DNA of 64,000 nucleotides from the human T2T-CHM13v2.0 reference genome, Homo sapiens: assembly GCF_009914755.1 (NCBI RefSeq), contig NC_060925.1; one strand, given 5' to 3'. The notes beneath the pieces are model-generated. The model saw only the letters and a program-made list of their open reading frames with translations. It had not been told where the DNA came from and ran no database searches. The first letter of the stretch is position 1, and every line of letters starts with the position of its first letter. Below are positions 60,733-64,000 of the stretch, in pieces. Both the position numbers and the translations under genes were made by a program.

Positions 60733-63009
60733 ATGCACGGCTTTTGAGAAAACATTATTAGTACAGTAAATGTGTCTGTTTATCCTACTACAGGAAAGCC
60801 TATAGTTGTGGCTACCCACTTTGAGATAAGGTCTAACAGGAGGAAAATGAGAGTACCTTCATACTACTGGTGCAAACATTATTTTTTCCACTGGCAGTGG
60901 TCTGAGAACATAGGCCTTCTAGTGCACTAATATTCTTCTCATCACCACTAGCAACTCATCCCTTATTCTTACTTGATTGCTGTCTGTGGTATAAAAGTAA
61001 GGTGTTACTACATGAGCTTTTTGCAGTAGCAAAGCCAGTATATTTAATCATCAATGTTGTTCTCAGGCTAGTGTCTTTCATTGTGTTTATCAAAGCTACA
61101 CTGCTGCCTCCTCAATCCAGAGATATGGGAAACCAACTGGATAGAGGGGTGTTGATACCTTACTTTGCTGTTTTACAAGCAAATCAGAGGACTGTCTTGA
61201 ATGGACCCACTAGATTGGAAGTTCCCTGAGAACATCTTATTTTTTCATTTTCTCTAATGTATCTCCAGTATCTATAGAGGTGTCAGTATATAATAGATGT
61301 TTAATAAATAGTTTTTAAATAATGAATGATTAATTATTAATTATTGAATCCTAGGCTGGGTTGAGGTGGTCTTTATTAGTGACCTGTTGGGGTCCACTTT
61401 TAGGGGCAGCATCATGAACTGCATAACATCTATCTTTGACTGTCTTGGTATTGCAGGTTCAAACTTCATAAGTTGGTCCAACTCCTATTTCTTCTCCCTC
61501 CTGAGTGGACTCACAGTGGGTGTAAGAATTGGCGGACAATTTGACATCAAGAGCTTGACCTTGGTAGGTGCTTGGAGCCTCCAGTCCTCTTTCCATAGAC
61601 TTTGATGGCAGGCTTTATTTCTTCAAAGGCTGGATCTTTTCTCTTTCAGGTGATATGCAGTTAGGAATTTGTCTCATGAATTCTAGTCCTGCTCTAAACA
61701 GTGGTCCTCAGTTTCTGGACTAGTGGAGTGGTTCTGGCTAGATCTGTGGGCTCCTTGGTGTGGGGTCCATGTGGCAAGGCCTCACACACAGGGTAGCAAC
61801 TCCAACCTCCCAACCAACCTTATGCATTCTCAATATTTTTGAGACATATTTGAATCATGACTTGACACTGTTTCTGTCCCATGGTGGAGCGCTACCCAAG
61901 AATGTCTCCAGTTTTGAGTAACAAGCAGCTTGTGGTGATGAATCAAACAGGACGGCTGTGGTTCCTACTTTCAGCAACTGTGCTGAGCTGGAGAGTAATC
62001 AGAACTGGTTAGAGTATTTCTCACATCAGACTCCTTGAGAGCCCTTTTCTTTACTAAATTTCAGAGATTTTAGAAATCCTGAGTTCTTAGACTTTGCAGT
62101 AAAAATAAATAGGCAGTTTGACGTTTTCAAAAGGATATTTTTGATTCAATAAACTCCTAATGTTTTATCTATATTTATTTATTTTTGCTTGTTGTACCCA
62201 GCTCCACACAGAGTTCTCCCACATTTTCAATTTGTAATTTAATTCATGTCCTGTGGTGTTCCTTTGGCTTATTCTAAGAACTATATGAATGGCTTTGATG
62301 AACTGTTTCTCTAAGCTAGTATTTCAACAATCTGACAGACAGAGAGACTCATCTCTAAGGAGGTAATTCAGCCTAGAGGGCGGTTAAGTATCACACATCC
62401 AAAACATGACAGAGAAAAATTTTTAAAAAGTTTTATTGAAGTTATGAGTCACATAGTTGGGCTCTTAGCTCTGCAGATTTAAAAAAATCAAACAAAAATA
62501 AAAACAAAACACGAAGTTAAACAGGACAAAATAAATGTAAAGTAGAAAATACTAATTGTTTCTAAAGATCTCTTGAAAAGTCTCCAGGGAGGGACAAGTG
62601 GCATCAGCGAGGATCACGGACTTATTGGCTGGGTCCTGTGCAGAACTGTTGGACCCACAATTTCCCTGTTTGTAAAATATGGTTATTAAGAGCACCTGGC
62701 TTATCGAGTTAGAAAATTAAATGAGTTCATAGTAGTCACTTAGGGTTTTCTAGCACCTAATAAGCAAATAAGTTTTTGATCTTACAATTATTCTAATTTA
62801 TAAGCCTAGCAATACTTCTCATTTTCTCTCTTCCTTTATCTTAATGGTCTCAGTCCACACCTTCCACATTACTACATTCCCTAAGCTCTCAGCTCCATTT
62901 CTCCCCTGACCCAGGACTTCTTAAGCTTTAATTAATTCTACTCCCTCCACCTTCTCTCTCTGAAGATTTAATTGTGTATGTGGAGTTATCTGTTTTTCCT
63001 GAGACCAGC

Positions 63010-63323
63010 TTTTTCTTTTTTCTTTTCTTTTCTTTCTTTTCTTTTTGAAATGGAGTTTCACTCTTGTTGCCCAGGCTGGAGTGCAGTGGTACAACAGGCT
63101 CACTGCAACCTCTGCCTCCCAGGTTCAAGCAATTCTCCTGCCTCAGCCTCCTGAGTAGCTGGGATTACAGGCATCTGCCACTATGCCAAGCTATTTTTTT
63201 TTTTTGTATTTTTAGTAGAGACTAACCATATAACATGTGGTTTCATCATGTTGGTCAGGCAGTCTCAAACTCCTGACCTCAGGTAATCCACTTGCCTCAG
63301 CCTCCCAAAGTGCTAGGATTACA
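63010..63323 (-). mobile_element. AluS element, slightly 5'-truncated, with a ~16-nt internal insertion
   Basis: Antisense Alu with extra TAACCATATAACATGT inserted after GTAGAGAC (~63223). Confidence 0.93.
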
Positions 63324-63369
63324 GACAGCTGAGGCCATGTTTTTCTTTACCCATCTTTTAATTGTAGTC

Positions 63370-63570
63370 TAAAGGTTTTCAGCCTTGCAATTATTGGACT
63401 TCTTGGGGCAGATAATTCTCCACTGTGGGGCTGTTCTATGCTTAGTAGGAGGCTTAGCTGCATCCCTGGCCTCTACCCACTAGATGCCAGAAATTCTCTT
63501 TCTACCTCTAAGTTTTGACAACAAAAAATGTCCCTTGGAGAGTCAAATTTACCCCTTTAGAAGAAATGCT
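63370..63570. mobile_element. MER20-like hAT DNA transposon
   Basis: GCATCCCTGGCCTCTACCCACTAGATGCCAG...GACAACAAAAAATGTC matches the recalled MER20 core. Confidence 0.85.
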
Positions 63571-63929
63571 AATTCTGCCTATTTTTTTGATAATTGCCTG
63601 CTACATCTTCACTGTTTTGTAATAGAGATGTCAGAAACATCTAGTAGCTAGCTCCTCCTACGACTGGGGAGTCCATTATGAGAGGACAATCACATTTCAG
63701 TCATTCTTTTCTGACAGTTAGAGGCCTCACTACAACCCCTCTCATCACATCCTGTCCCCCACTGCCGCACAATTCCAGCAGAAAAGGACTCGACAGATTC
63801 CTGAATTTTGCAGACCTAGAGCTAGAATTCTGCATCTTCCCTGTGGTGGTGCTGGATGTCAGGGGCAGACAGGAGGGCACACTTCCAGCCCCACCTAGGG
63901 AGAGACAGAGTGAAATGCCAAGGGAGACA

Positions 63930-64000
63930 CCAGTGGTAATGAGGACAAGGAGCTTTATTTTTTGATGAGGTCAGGCACAAGCACTGCCAATCCTTCACAG
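63930..64000 (-). other. LCE3D: 3' UTR end and AATAAA (63959-63954) of the next LCE3 paralog; CDS outside the window
   Basis: 63901-64000 aligns closely with the LCE3E 3' end (50171-50270). The symbol is inferred from the known gene order CRCT1-LCE3E-LCE3D. Confidence 0.8.

Overview
This is mammalian, almost certainly human, genomic DNA from the epidermal differentiation complex (1q21.3). It is not microbial, and I see no CRISPR arrays, operons or rRNA/tRNA genes. The window opens in the coding exon of CRCT1 (+; the start codon lies upstream of the window). It contains the complete two-exon LCE3E gene (-; CDS 50483-50761) and ends in the 3' UTR of the next LCE3 paralog, expected to be LCE3D. 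The ~50 kb between CRCT1 and LCE3E is mostly transposon fossils: nested L1s including a near-full-length L1PA4-like copy, three solo ERV LTRs with target-site duplications (TSDs), Alus, MIR/L2 and MER5/MER20. Reading the minus strand by eye shows three decayed LCE genes that the ORF track misses: an LCE3-like relic at ~22.5-22.8 kb, an LCE1/2/5-like relic at ~27.1-27.4 kb and an LCE2-like relic at ~43.1-43.35 kb. Each keeps a downstream AATAAA, and paralogous non-coding blocks recur around them, so the interval looks like a fossil tandem array of LCE cassettes. One relic is disrupted by a complex fold-back plus templated insertion. I see no credible new functional system. The best leads are these relics, their shared non-coding motifs and one unassigned coding-like segment near 44.3-44.85 kb. 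Repeat subfamily names come from recalled consensus sequences and need RepeatMasker/Dfam confirmation.
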